A DNA stretch of 55,530 bases, the filler included, from Sphacelaria rigidula (Eukaryota), in assembly GCA_964200075.2 (NCBI GenBank). It is 4 parts of 4 records of this genome, joined end to end, with 100 filler letters (N's around TTAATTAATTAA, not from the genome) between each part and the next. Parts side by side here need not be neighbours in the genome. Positions count along the whole stretch, not along the records: positions 41,726 to 55,530 come from CAXNAA020002655.1; 3 more parts are not named here. One strand, 5' to 3'. A program made the translations under genes and the position numbers. This document shows positions 45,300 through 55,530 of the stretch, piece after piece. The notes below the pieces were generated by a model that was given only the letters and a program-made list of their open reading frames with translations, was not told where the DNA came from and did no database searches. How positions within the stretch are numbered: position 1 is the first letter of the stretch; the number at the start of each line of letters is the position of its first letter.

Positions 45300-46210
45300 T
45301 TGGAGCGGGCGTGAAAAACGAGGCGAGCGTAAAACTGTTCCGAGAATGTGGCAGATATGACGGGATTTCGCCCAGGAAAACCATTTCTCGCACCATTTTC
45401 GAGAGTTGAGAAACTAAGTGTCACGTACGTGCCGTTGAAGGCGAGCCCGACGTCGTCAACGTGCTTTTGAGTTTCGGCCGGGTTCACCCGTGTCTTGGGG
45501 TCCCCGGTTGTTTCCCGTGAAAAGGGACCCCAGGAAACTGCTGAAGCCGAGTGAAATTCAATAGCTCAAACACTAGTGACCTCAGGCGTCCCGTTAGGAG
45601 TACGTGTATACAATTCGTTCTCACTGCCATTCAGAGCGGAGTGAAAGTGCAGCGAATGTAAAACTGTTCCGAAGATGTGCTCCCGACACTCTCTTGCAAC
45701 TCACGATAGGGAGAACTCAGTCAAGCTAGCTGACGTTCCGAGCGGCCAGACACTGAAAACCTCGGGGTTGCCCGCAGAAGCACATGTGTGAAGGTTTGGC
45801 TCAGTACTCTTGGAGACGACGCGATAATTGGAACACACACAAAACTGCTCTGATAATATGGAGCATACAGCGGTCGGGAACTCGGAAAACGGGTGAAACC
45901 TAGAGGAGGAATGAATACCTAGACACCGGTGATCCTGAGCTTTATTCTGAAACACGTGTGCGGAAAATGGTCCACGTATTCTCAGATATGACCAGAAAAA
46001 TGGAGCCAACGTGAAGGTATTCCGAGAATGCGGGATATACAAGATTAAAAATTCGGGGGGGCACAGCAAGTGGTGAAACCGAGCGTAACTGACAAGACTG
46101 GCAGTCTTGGGGTCTATTTGGTGACAGCTGTGCAAACAAGTGATCCCTGATTACTACAAAGGGCCTGGAAAATGGGGGTAACGGGAAAATGTTGCGAAAT
46201 TGTAGAGCAT
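45300..46210. repeat. Degenerate ~170-180-bp tandem array, reverse-complement relative of 2005-2690
   Basis: A gt(a/g)aaactgttccgagaatg-like motif recurs near 45330, 45660, 45840, 46015 and 46190. Confidence 0.55.
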
Positions 46211-46489
46211 ATGATGGGGTTGGTTGTGACGAGAAGTCGCATTCCTTTGGCAATAAGCGATGCTATATGTCTGGCTCAACTACTGTCACCTCGTTCCAGG
46301 ATGCCTTCTTGACTTGTGTGGGGGTTACAAACCGGGGTCCACCCTCACCTTGATTCTGTGCTGGATGAACGCGACTGTTGCGGTGCACCCTTAGTGTACG
46401 AACAAGCGACACATCTACCTGAACAGGATCCAATTCAGCGGCGCAGTTGGCTTTTCGGAGACTTCATCCGCAATAAACACTACATACCG

Positions 46490-46740
46490 GTCGCCCCGGT
46501 GGCTCAGTTGGTAACCTCGAAACCTTCTGACGGTTTGGCCGTGGGCTTAAATCTCGGAGCGATATGTGATTTTTTCTCACATCATGCCCGACGATGGAGA
46601 GCGACTTTGTCGTGGGTACACAAAATTCGGCTTAACGGTCGAGGAGGGAAAGGGAGTGTTGAACCCCTCTCGCGATAAAAAAGTAAAGACAAGCACCGCA
46701 GAAGGAAGGTGGAGTACTAAAAACAAACAAAAAACGAAAG
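46490..46740 (+). mobile_element. Second tRNA-headed SINE-like element
   Basis: Perfect A-box TGGCTCAGTTGG, degenerate B-box, 3' cgaggagggaaggg-like end shared with the main SINE, and an A-rich tail. Confidence 0.5.
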
Positions 46741-47715
46741 AGCCCTCGTTTTGATCCTCCTCCTGTGTGACCTCGGCTGGTGCGCCCACACATACCGAAA
46801 GGTGTAGCCCGGCGTCCAGAATAGATGGAACGACAACACACGCACTCTCGAGACCCTTTGTTTCGCACCCCCCTATCGCCCCGTCACGGCCCGACACTGA
46901 GAAGGTCAGGTCACTTTGTTCCCCACATCCTGAGAAGCATTAACATTGTTCGGACCTCATCTGTATGCGTGCGCAGAGAAAACGCTGGCCGACAATATTT
47001 GGGAATCTCCCTCGTACCAGCTCGTCGTGCCGCTGAGTCAACATTCGACATGAACAGGATGTCTGGTCAACCTAGCACGAATAAAATTCTCACCCAGTGT
47101 TGACAACGTGAATAGCTCACCTGACCTTCACTATGGATGGTTACTCGTGTATTGACCCTGTTTTACCACTTCAAGTGCATTTTTCGCTATGTGCTGGATC
47201 TTGCTGTAGGCTAAACAAATCTGAACGTCAACCTAACCCTGCGTCCATCACCAACGAGGGCAAATAGAACGCGAGACCCTCCGGTGGGCCGGGGGGTCCA
47301 CGTTACCTGGGCTAGTAGTGGGCAGCGTTGGACGCGGTGTGGGCCGTCGCGCGGTAGCATTTCAGTGAGCCTCCTTGAATCCAGGGAACCGAGCATCGTT
47401 GATTGGTTGATGGATTTATTGGTTGTCGCACATTAAGTGATCCCCTACGAGTCATGATCCAGCCGTGGTTTCATCATAGACGTATCCAAGATAAAAGAAA
47501 TGGAAACAGTCGCTGGAGAAAACAGAAAGGTAGAACGGAGAGGAAACAGAGTAGAATGTGGAACAAATGGAAAAAAAGAGAAGAAAACGTTAGGACCGAG
47601 TTATTGAAAAGCCAGTGCCTGACATGGTTGAAACGCTTTTATATATTTCATCTGTTGTGTGATGCGTGTGATGCGTGTGTACCTCGCCCCCCCCCCCTCC
47701 CCCTCCACAGTGCAC

Positions 47716-47780
47716 AGTCTCGAAAGGGATGCGTGGTCAATGGACAAACGCCTGAGGCGAGCACCAATGTCTACGCCCCT
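47716..47780 (+). mobile_element. Diverged family-1 retroposon tail just upstream of a TRMT2A acceptor
   Basis: gtctcgaaagggatgcgtggtcaatggacaaacgcctgaggcgagcaccaatgtctacgcccc. Confidence 0.7.
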
Positions 47781-47814
47781 CCTCACCCCTCTTCGCTTCA
47801 CGACACATGACCAG

Positions 47815-47892
47815 GTTCACAAGGTCATGAAAATGCTCTGCCGTAAAATGGATGACTTCATGAGGACGTCCCAGTTCAAACCCTACGACGAT
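47815..47892 (+). CDS. TRMT2A: TRMT2A-like exon (VHKVMKMLCRKMDDFMRTSQFKPYDD)
   Basis: ccAG acceptor, GAT|GTGAGT donor, phase 0 to 0. F.R.S....YD motif. Confidence 0.85.
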
Positions 47893-47975
47893 GTGAGTGC
47901 CTCGGCGTGTGTGTCACTAGGAATCACCTGATTTTGCTTGTCGCTAGAGAAATAACAAGTCCCGTCCCCCAGCCA

Positions 47976-48056
47976 TGCTCCGTCTCGAAAGGGATGCGTG
48001 GTCAATGGTCAAATGACTAAGGCAAGCAACAAATGAGTACGCCCCCCCCCCCCCCC
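47976..48056 (+). mobile_element. Near-consensus family-1 retroposon tail with C15 run and 8-bp TSD
   Basis: ...gcaacaaatgagtacg-C15, with cccccagc at 47966-47973 and 48052-48059. Confidence 0.85.
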
Positions 48057-48872
48057 AGCGAAGAAGCGTCAAGTTGCCTCTTTGCAAATGCCCGGTGAAG
48101 GGACAGTGAGCTGCTCGGGTTTTCCCATTTGCGTTAGCGACCAGGCCTCGAGCGTTTACGCTCTGCTGTGTGATGGAGTTGTAGCCGGAAGTGAACGAGT
48201 GGGGTCGACTCTATCGGCCTCGCGATTGCCAAACTGGACCATTCACGCCCTCCGCATCGTCAGCACAGTGATGACGCCATAGGCACCATGGCACGTTGTT
48301 ATCCGGGGCCAGAGGGGTGCCGACATGTGCGCGTGGGAGTACCTGGTAGTTTAACACGAGGACATAATTTTAGTGCTTGAAGGCCTGTAGTTGCATGTTC
48401 ACGTGACAACGCCACGGACTTGGATACATACGGCATGTCGTTCTCCATGACTAAACGCGCTTCTGCATCCGTGGGCTAAGCGCCTCTTCCCAACCCCATT
48501 ACCCCTTAGCGTTGTCCACGACTCGGGGGTGCGCCGGAGAGGATCACGTCCGTCTCGGGAGTTTGCATGCACGCTCTTGTGTTATCTGAGTTGTCATGAG
48601 CACCCCCCGGCCCCAATACAAAATCGCGTGGCCCGCTGCCGGGCCTCTGAACCCTGATGAAGAAATGGAAAGAATTCCCAGGAGGAGGCTAATCTTGCAA
48701 GTATAAGCTGAAGACAATCGGCACACGAGCGTTTCTCTGTATCTCCTCAGTCTTTTGAGGGAGTGGGACCGTGTTGAGGCCGCCCTGATGGCTTTGCGTC
48801 TCGCTGTACGATGTCGCGGTGTTTTTTTTGTCTTTTTTTGCCCTTGTATTTTGCCCGACGTGACGCACACAG

Positions 48873-48961
48873 GGGAGTAGGACCGGTGTGTGGAGGCTGC
48901 TGTCAGTGCGCCGCTCTGTAGCGGACGATGAGACGATGGCAAAGGTCGTGGTTAATCTCAG
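48873..48961 (+). CDS. TRMT2A: TRMT2A-like exon (GSRTGVWRLLSVRRSVADDETMAKVVVNL)
   Basis: acacAG acceptor, AG|GTAACG donor and G.W..L.VR motif. Confidence 0.87.
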
Positions 48962-49599
48962 GTAACGTTTGTTTTGATCCTGCAAGGAAGTTTGTTTTCC
49001 CAGAGAGAAGGCTGTAGAAGTACCTCGCGCATCCGATGACATTAACTATATCGTCGGGAACTTGTAGTGCAAGCCTTGGTGTCAAACATGCGTGTGGGAA
49101 AAAGTGCCTGATATGGTGCTTTTTTAGGCAAATACTTCAAAAGCTAAATCTTCCTCCTTTTTTTTTTACTTGAGAATGGAATAGCGGTATAGTCGCGCGC
49201 GGTTTCGTGTCGTTCCTGCTTGTCGTCATGCGTTTTCCTTTCCGAGTTCGTTCTGGTGTCCATACAATGACTTGTCACCGACGCAATCGGTTCATTAACT
49301 TGTAGCTGTATCATGAATGCATGTGGTACAGCATAGTACACTTCTCCGTAGGGCATGCCGACAATCGCGATTTTCCGTTGTAGGGTACCTAGATTTCCCA
49401 TCACGGCGGGAACCGCAGCAATCTGATTTTGCTACATCGGTACCGCAGTCGTCTGGCCCCACACCGTACCTTTTCGCACCTGACAGGTACCACACACACA
49501 CACCGTGTACGGCAGTTTTACCGAAATAATCCAATTTCCGGACCGTAGTCATGTCCCGAATACCGCGTCCGAATGAAGCTCCCTGCTTCTAATGTCCAC

Positions 49600-49870
49600 G
49601 CTTCCTCGGGACGAGTCCTTTTTCGTGAGGGATTGTCAATGCGTCTCTACCCCGGTACACTACACGCCGTACACTTTTCTACCCCGCCGCGTCGATTATC
49701 GTCAAATAATTCATGCTACTTGCGTTTTCATCGTGACGCTCTCATCGGTGGAAACCAGATTCTCCCTGCTCGAGAAGATCGTATCTTTCTATTGTTGGAT
49801 CCGGACTGGCGATCTCCGTCCCTACCTGACGTTTGGCGTAGCAGTGAGACCAACCATCGCGGAACGCGGT
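49600..49870 (-). mobile_element. Old diverged SINE copy
   Basis: cctcgggacgagtcc...ccccggtacac...ccgcgtcga..cgtcaaa matches the SINE body. Confidence 0.5.
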
Positions 49871-50015
49871 GGTTTGAAAAACAGAGAAATTGTTGTAAAT
49901 TAAGGTTGGAAAAAAGGCCACACCAATGAATCGGTGACCGTGTCAAGTTGTGTGCACCTTTGCAACCGCCGAAACATTTTCAACGGTTTATGTTGACGTG
50001 CTGTTGATTCTGAAG

Positions 50016-50112
50016 GGGGATAGGCTCGCATAGCCCCGAGTGGAAGCAAGAGCAGGACCGTCTCATCGCCGACTTCACGCAAGACGTGGCGGGAGAGGAC
50101 GGAACCAAACTC
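50016..50112 (+). CDS. TRMT2A: TRMT2A-like exon (GIGSHSPEWKQEQDRLIADFTQDVAGEDGTKL)
   Basis: aAG acceptor and CTC|GTGAGT donor. Phase 2 to 0 bridges the neighbouring exons exactly. Confidence 0.78.
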
Positions 50113-50859
50113 GTGAGTGTGCACAACAGTGTTACGGCTACAGGCGGTGGTGCGGGTTCGAGCTACTCTTGTCACTTTGATGTGGTTAGACGGTATAGAA
50201 CCATGCCACGGGTTGAAAAAAGGAGCATCATGCAGTGATTAAGCGCATCGTACCTTGGGTACTGCCATACTGTAAAGCTACTGACAGGTTACGCCACTGT
50301 ACAGCACATCGAGCATCACCCTCCGAGAAGATGCTTGTCCTTTTTTTTTCCCGTCTTGTTTATTTTAGTTGCTCGAAGTTGCTGGTGCTCTGTAGCACGA
50401 TGGGGACATTTGGGACCAGCTTCACAGTCGGTGTTCGTTGCACTTTTTGAGTGATTTATTCAGCTCGACCTCGACAACCAGTCCCCCGTTTCAGGCTGCC
50501 TTTTCTAACAGGCTCGTTGAAGATGTACCGGAGATTTCGCTCACCTCAACAAGAAACGGATAGAAAAACTACCCTCAGCGCGAGCTTGATTTCTGAAAGC
50601 TGTCACGAACAACGATGTTTCTCTTACTCTGGTTTGTAACGTAGAATTACGACTGTCCCTCCTTTCCCCCTCCCCCCCGAAAAGGTGAACTATCGGCCGA
50701 GGTGTTTAATTGTTACATATTAATATGTAAAAAACTCGTTCAGGACAGCCCCGATGCAACACTACACCGTCGCAGAAATGATGTTTTTTCCTGCAGAAGA
50801 GTCCTGCATGCAAACAATTTCACCCCATTTTCTTTTGCGAGGTTTCCGAACGATCTTAG

Positions 50860-51410
50860 TAGAATGCAGGTCATCCCTCATGCGACTCGCCGAAACATGT
50901 CACGGCGCTTCGCGCTTGGTGATTGTGTGCAAGCCTGGTTGAGTGAAAATCCTGCGTGCTGCGTCCCGGCTTTGTAGGGATGCGAGGTTAAAAATCTCAT
51001 GACCACGGCATGCAGACTTATGAGTACCCCCCCCCCCCCCTCCTCCCCTGCGCCACCCTTTTTCTAAGAGGCGGAAGGGAGAAATGCCGTGAATCATCCG
51101 TTCAAACACGGTATGACTTCCGCGTCCTATCATCGGCAATTAACTGGGGGTTGCGCTGCACGATATCGCACCAGCCCCTCCAAGAAACACTAGACCCGTT
51201 GCATCACACAATCTACCCCGGCCCTCCCCAGTCGGCCAGTGGTGTACCCATGCCCGTAGTGAGCATATACAACCCTCCCGCTAATTCCCCCTCCAAGTCG
51301 TGATTGCGAGCCTAGTCCGGCGAGAACCTGGCGTCCTCCGTCCCAGCTTCGTAGATATGGGAGGTCAATGTTCATATCACTATTGCAGGCAAGATCATAG
51401 AGTACCCCCC
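50860..51410 (+). mobile_element. Two family-2 retroposon 3' ends (50860-51041, 51300-51410)
   Basis: Both end in gagtac followed by a C run and are colinear with 12850-13032. Confidence 0.65.
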
Positions 51411-51635
51411 TTTTCTCTCCCTTCCGACAGAAGCAAAAAAGAGAGCACCCCAAAACAAGACAAAATGCACGATTTCTTCAGCATCAACAAACAGCGTGTA
51501 TATACACTACCGTGCGCACACGCTGTCACAAAACCGTTTTAACGTGCACCACCCGGCCAGATGTGGTGGACGCCACACGAGAAGAAATAGGATTTGATGG
51601 AATCCCTAAAACGCGCTTCTCCTCACCCCGATCGC

Positions 51636-52274
51636 GATACTAGGAGGTAGATGGTGACCACAAACATCGGGGTAGGAAGGGCATAATGTATGTACATTTT
51701 ATTGTGTAGTGTACGTGAAACGTATTGAGCGCCCAAATGTTGGAGATGTCTCTATGAGGAGTAGGAGCGGTGCTACGTGTCGAACGAGAGGTGTGGTCAA
51801 TGGTCAAATGACGAAGGCAAACGACAAAATGAGCACGCCCCCCTCCTCCCCCTCTCCCTCCCATATACCAGCAGTCGAGAGGAGGAGGAAGTAGATGCAC
51901 AGAATTGCACCTGTCAAAGCCAGAGCGAGTAGAACTTACGTAGTGGCAGAATGTGAACTATACAAGGAGGAACGGGACGTGCTAGAGGGGGAAATAGGGG
52001 AAGTGAACGACGGTGGCATGAAATCGTTTTATGCACTCGACAGAAGGGAGAAGACTATGGCTACACTAGGAGATATATGGTGGCAACAAACGGCGAAACA
52101 GGACGGGGATGAGATATGTAAAACGGTTTTGTGCAATATTTGGAAGAAACGTGATGAGCGCCGAAATGGAGGTGTCTCCATAATGTGTAGGGACGATGCT
52201 CCGTCTCGAACGGGATGCGTGGTCAACGGTCAAACGCCTAAGGTGAGCAGAAAATAAGGACGCCCCCCCCCCCC
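51636..52274 (+). mobile_element. Two tandem family-1 LINE 3' remnants (51636-51860, 51862-52274)
   Basis: YTSSREEEEVDAQNCTC/KARASRTYVVAECELYKEERDVLEGE...LGDIWWQQTAKQDGD...GCVVNGQ, a degenerate ORF2 zinc-knuckle region followed by a C run. Confidence 0.8.
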
Positions 52275-54083
52275 ATTTCCCCACTACGTCCCAATCGGCC
52301 GAACTCTGCTTCGCAATTATCCGTAGCACGGCTACTTCCGTCCAAGCATCGTGTGGCTGGATCAGAAGAGGAAGTACCAAACTATGCCGACTTTGATACG
52401 CGCGCGCCCTTTCAGTGGCCCGGCCCACCGTAACGGTGCGTGCTGCCCATTTCAACAAAGCTGACGTTTACACCGTCTCCCGTTCGTCCCACAGGTTCAC
52501 AGTTTTCGTGAGCGACAGAAATTTCAACCTCACGTGTCTACCTTCACCAGTACTGCCTCCCTCGGAAAAAGCCGGTGAGGGCACGAGAAAAAATAAAGAA
52601 GCGATATCCACGAAAATGTGTGGGCAGTCGGGTCACACCTATTCCACACATGTGTGGAACACGCCACAGCCAGCCCTGCGTTGGTGAACACTTATCCTGT
52701 TATGATTGACTTATCGTGACGCTGCGCGTCGGCAGTTAATCTAAGTGGCGGATCTCCAGAACTGATGAGGGCGGAGTGGAGGGAGAGAGTTGGATTTCGA
52801 CCAGACAGCAAACTCTGAATTACCTTTGTTTTTCTCAGGGGTATATGTAATTTCCGTCGCTGAAGACGTGAGGGTGTCAGAAGCAGATGAAAAGTTGAGG
52901 AAATTTAACGCGGGTGTGTGGGAGTGCTGCTTCAGTCCGCGATATGCCCAAAAGTTAGGCATGTAAAGAAGAAGATATAGGTTTTATCCCCTGAGACTAA
53001 ATGGATTTTGTCCCGATGAAGGGGAAAATGGGTTGAAAAGGAGAACAACAGAACGGTCCTGAAGTCTGGCAACACAACCCAACACGTACAGACACGGTAT
53101 TGCGGAAGAGTCACAATATTGCGCCCCTTGGCTGCTTGCCCAGCGCCCCTCATCCGTTCACCTTGCGCTGCGGCTCCGATTTTATGAATTCCTACAGCGG
53201 GGGCTATGGACTTACGCAGACATACGCTCCCTACGAGTAGCAGTATACACCAATTCTGGTCCCGCATTTAAGATGGCCCAGATCAGCAACATGCGGGCAT
53301 TGAATGTTGTCCGATAAGCAGAAGCTAGATTTCCCGGATAGAATCACGTTCGACCAGTGTCACCGTGATATATCCACACCGCCTACCTACTATTTATGGG
53401 AGTGCGCTCGTAAACAGGCCTCACGCAAACACCACTAGCACAAATGCAACACATCTGCAGCCACGGCATCGTACCCCCAAACCGGACGGGAGCTGGATTC
53501 CCTGCGATCTGTTGAATATTCGAATTTAGCAGTTCTTTTGGCATGAACACACCCTCCACCGACGCTTTCGAGGCCAGTCTGTCCAAAGCCTAGCTTCACA
53601 CCATAAAAAGGCAATTATCCAATTTCGTGGGTAAACTATAGCACCCCGGATCGGGCTGGCCGGAGGATGAAAAAAAAAAAAAAAACATCATCATCGGCCC
53701 TTTACAAGGTACATCCCAACCTAACCACCACGCAGTGCTCCAAAACCAGTTCGACATCGTAAATATAATATTATTTACTCCCCGCAAAATCTTCGTTCAG
53801 AATCCCTGGTATCACGGGGCTCACGCTACAAGTAAAATCTCCAGCGTAGCCACGGCATTGCGCTCCAAATGGGGGCCGACTGCTCGAGAGGGAATCACTG
53901 CCGTCCCCCGAAGTCGCCGTTCAACCTCTAAAACTACGGCACTGACGTGTTGTCATTGTTGTTGAATAATGTTTTCAACTCTCATCATAACACAGCTAGC
54001 CGTGTCTCACGAAACGCGTTTACACCTTCCCCGCACGCGTTTTCGAATATCTATCTGTGAGTCCCGTCTGCTCCCCCCCCCAA

Positions 54084-54150
54084 TCCTGGCTTTGTAGCGA
54101 TGCGAGGTCCATGGTCTTCTGCCTACGGCATGCAAGATCATGAATACACA
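54084..54150 (+). mobile_element. Short family-2 tail
   Basis: ggctttgtagcgatgcgaggtccatggtcttctgcctacggcatgcaagatcatgaatac, following a C run. Confidence 0.6.
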
Positions 54151-54776
54151 TCTATACAAATCTACGGTCGCGCGTCTAGCACGGTCAGCTGACGTCCGAA
54201 CACCGCAGGAATAGACAGTAGTGCAAGTAGAGGACCTGCCGCTCTCAGCAAACAGTGTACCGCAGTATTTCTCGGTACTGCACTGTTCGTCCCATGCATA
54301 TTACATGCTCTCTACGTGTATCTGTCTCGCGTGCTAGGCATGACACCCCCTATCACGTAGTGCGCCCGACTAGCCATCCAACCTTGTATGTACTTCGATC
54401 AGTTTACCCACAAGGCTGACCGACAGGCTGCTGGCGTGGACAATTCAAAGATGCCTGTGCCGTCCTTTTGGGTTCTCGACGCTTCACATGACTGTAATTG
54501 ATGTATACGCATCACCATGGAATCAATCTGGACCGGTTCTGAAAGTCTTGCCGTTTGCATAAAATTTCGATTTTGATCGTACCGCTGAGAGGAACAATCT
54601 TGACGTTTTCCCGACCGAGTCGACTTACACCCCACCTGACACAACCTCCCTCATCACTCTTTCGGAAATCAAGACTTGAGCTGCATACGAATACATGAGT
54701 ACAAATTGCACCCCCAATTCGTCCCTCGAAGGTGAAGTTTTCCTTTTTTTGTTTGTTCGTTCATATCTCGATGCAG

Positions 54777-54917
54777 GTGTCACTTTGGTTGCAAGAGTAT
54801 GATGGCGTCTCTTCTCCAGACGACTCGCATCCGCTATCGCTGCTGTGGGGCAAGGAGCTGCTCGAGGAAAAACTTCTGGGCCTTAAGTTCACCATCTCAC
54901 CCAACTCTTTTTTTCAG
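54777..54917 (+). CDS. TRMT2A: TRMT2A-like exon (VSLWLQEYDGVS...LEEKLLGLKFTISPNSFFQ)
   Basis: Pyrimidine tract plus gcAG acceptor and the ISP.SFFQ hallmark. Ends at an inferred GC donor CAG|GCAAAA. Confidence 0.9.
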
Positions 54918-55530
54918 GCAAAAAAAATAGTCTTACGCAGAGATAAATTTCGGTCACGTCATTCACAAGATAAACACGTTTCCTTCGTTCCGTTGTCGAC
55001 CGGTATCGAGAGGAAAGCGTATGGTAGACCTTCGAAAGCTGGATGCGCCAACGCACATAGAAGTGAATGATCGTCGTGCGCCTCAAAAAACCTCCATAGT
55101 ATGTGACGAACAAAATAATAAGTATGGTATTTGCATCACAAATTATATATATATATATATATACTTCAAACTGATGCACCGCCCGGGACCCTGATTCGGT
55201 TATCGTTTCTACGGAAGTGCGATCGCCCGAAAATATGAAGAAGAATGTCCCCGTCCCGGAACAAGACGACCCTTGGCCATCATTATGAGAATAGGACAAT
55301 CAGAGCTCAGTGCGGTAGAGAGGATACATGGGTTTGCTTGTTTTGATAGATTGTCACACGTTTAATCGATCATTATCCACAAGAGGGACCCAGCTGTGCC
55401 CACGAGATAGTGTACCCATCGGAAACAAAACGGAAAAGCGCGCCAAGGAAGAAGGCAAGTGGGGGAATATTTTTCATGAAACGGAATTGAATCATGATGG
55501 GAGCTCGGAAAAGAGCCCCCGCCCCCCCCC

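Larger units (their letters stand above)
43395..54917 (+). other. TRMT2A: Gene span (partial at both ends): tRNA (uracil-5-)-methyltransferase, join(43395-43599,44157-44288,47815-47892,48873-48961,50016-50112,54777-54917)
   Basis: Six phase-consistent exons. Motifs I..SP...GYRNKCEF, G.WR.L.VR and EE.LLGL.F.ISP.SFFQ are characteristic of TRMT2A/Trm2. Confidence 0.88.

Noticed and set aside
52700-53970. Degenerate transposase or other coding remnant (similarly 8800-11100, 34100-34560, 36800-37250)
   Set aside because: The composition is vaguely coding-like, but I could not recognise a motif with confidence. It would need BLASTX/HMM searches.
28617-54917. tRNA-maturation gene cluster (PRORP next to TRMT2A)
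   Set aside because: The genes are on different contigs joined by an artificial linker, so the adjacency reflects contig ordering.

Overview
Eukaryotic, intron-rich, repeat-rich DNA. It is probably a brown alga (inference from 0.4-5 kb introns, AC-rich acceptors and the repeat families). The window is not one locus. It is four near-equal contigs (1-13810, 13911-27720, 27821-41625, 41726-55530; 13810/13810/13805/13805 bp) joined by artificial 100-nt N44-TTAATTAATTAA-N44 linkers. Contig 1 holds a head-to-head gene pair: an acidic/RS-RD-rich protein (minus, 3 exons seen) and a small DUF1757-like membrane protein (plus, 2 exons seen). It also carries tRNA-derived SINEs, MITEs and a 304-bp intronic foldback. 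Contig 2 is entirely a 63-bp satellite (about 215 monomers) with a 17-mer higher-order repeat and one MITE insertion. Contig 3 has nine phase-consistent exons for the C-terminal half of a proteinaceous RNase P (PRORP). Contig 4 has six exons of a TRMT2A/Trm2-type tRNA m5U54 methyltransferase, the last ending at a GC donor. The most novel-looking signal is two non-LTR retroelement families that share a ~55-nt 3' end terminating in oligo(C) rather than poly(A). They sit at C/G runs, and two copies have clear target-site duplications. All family assignments come from recalled motifs; no database search was run.
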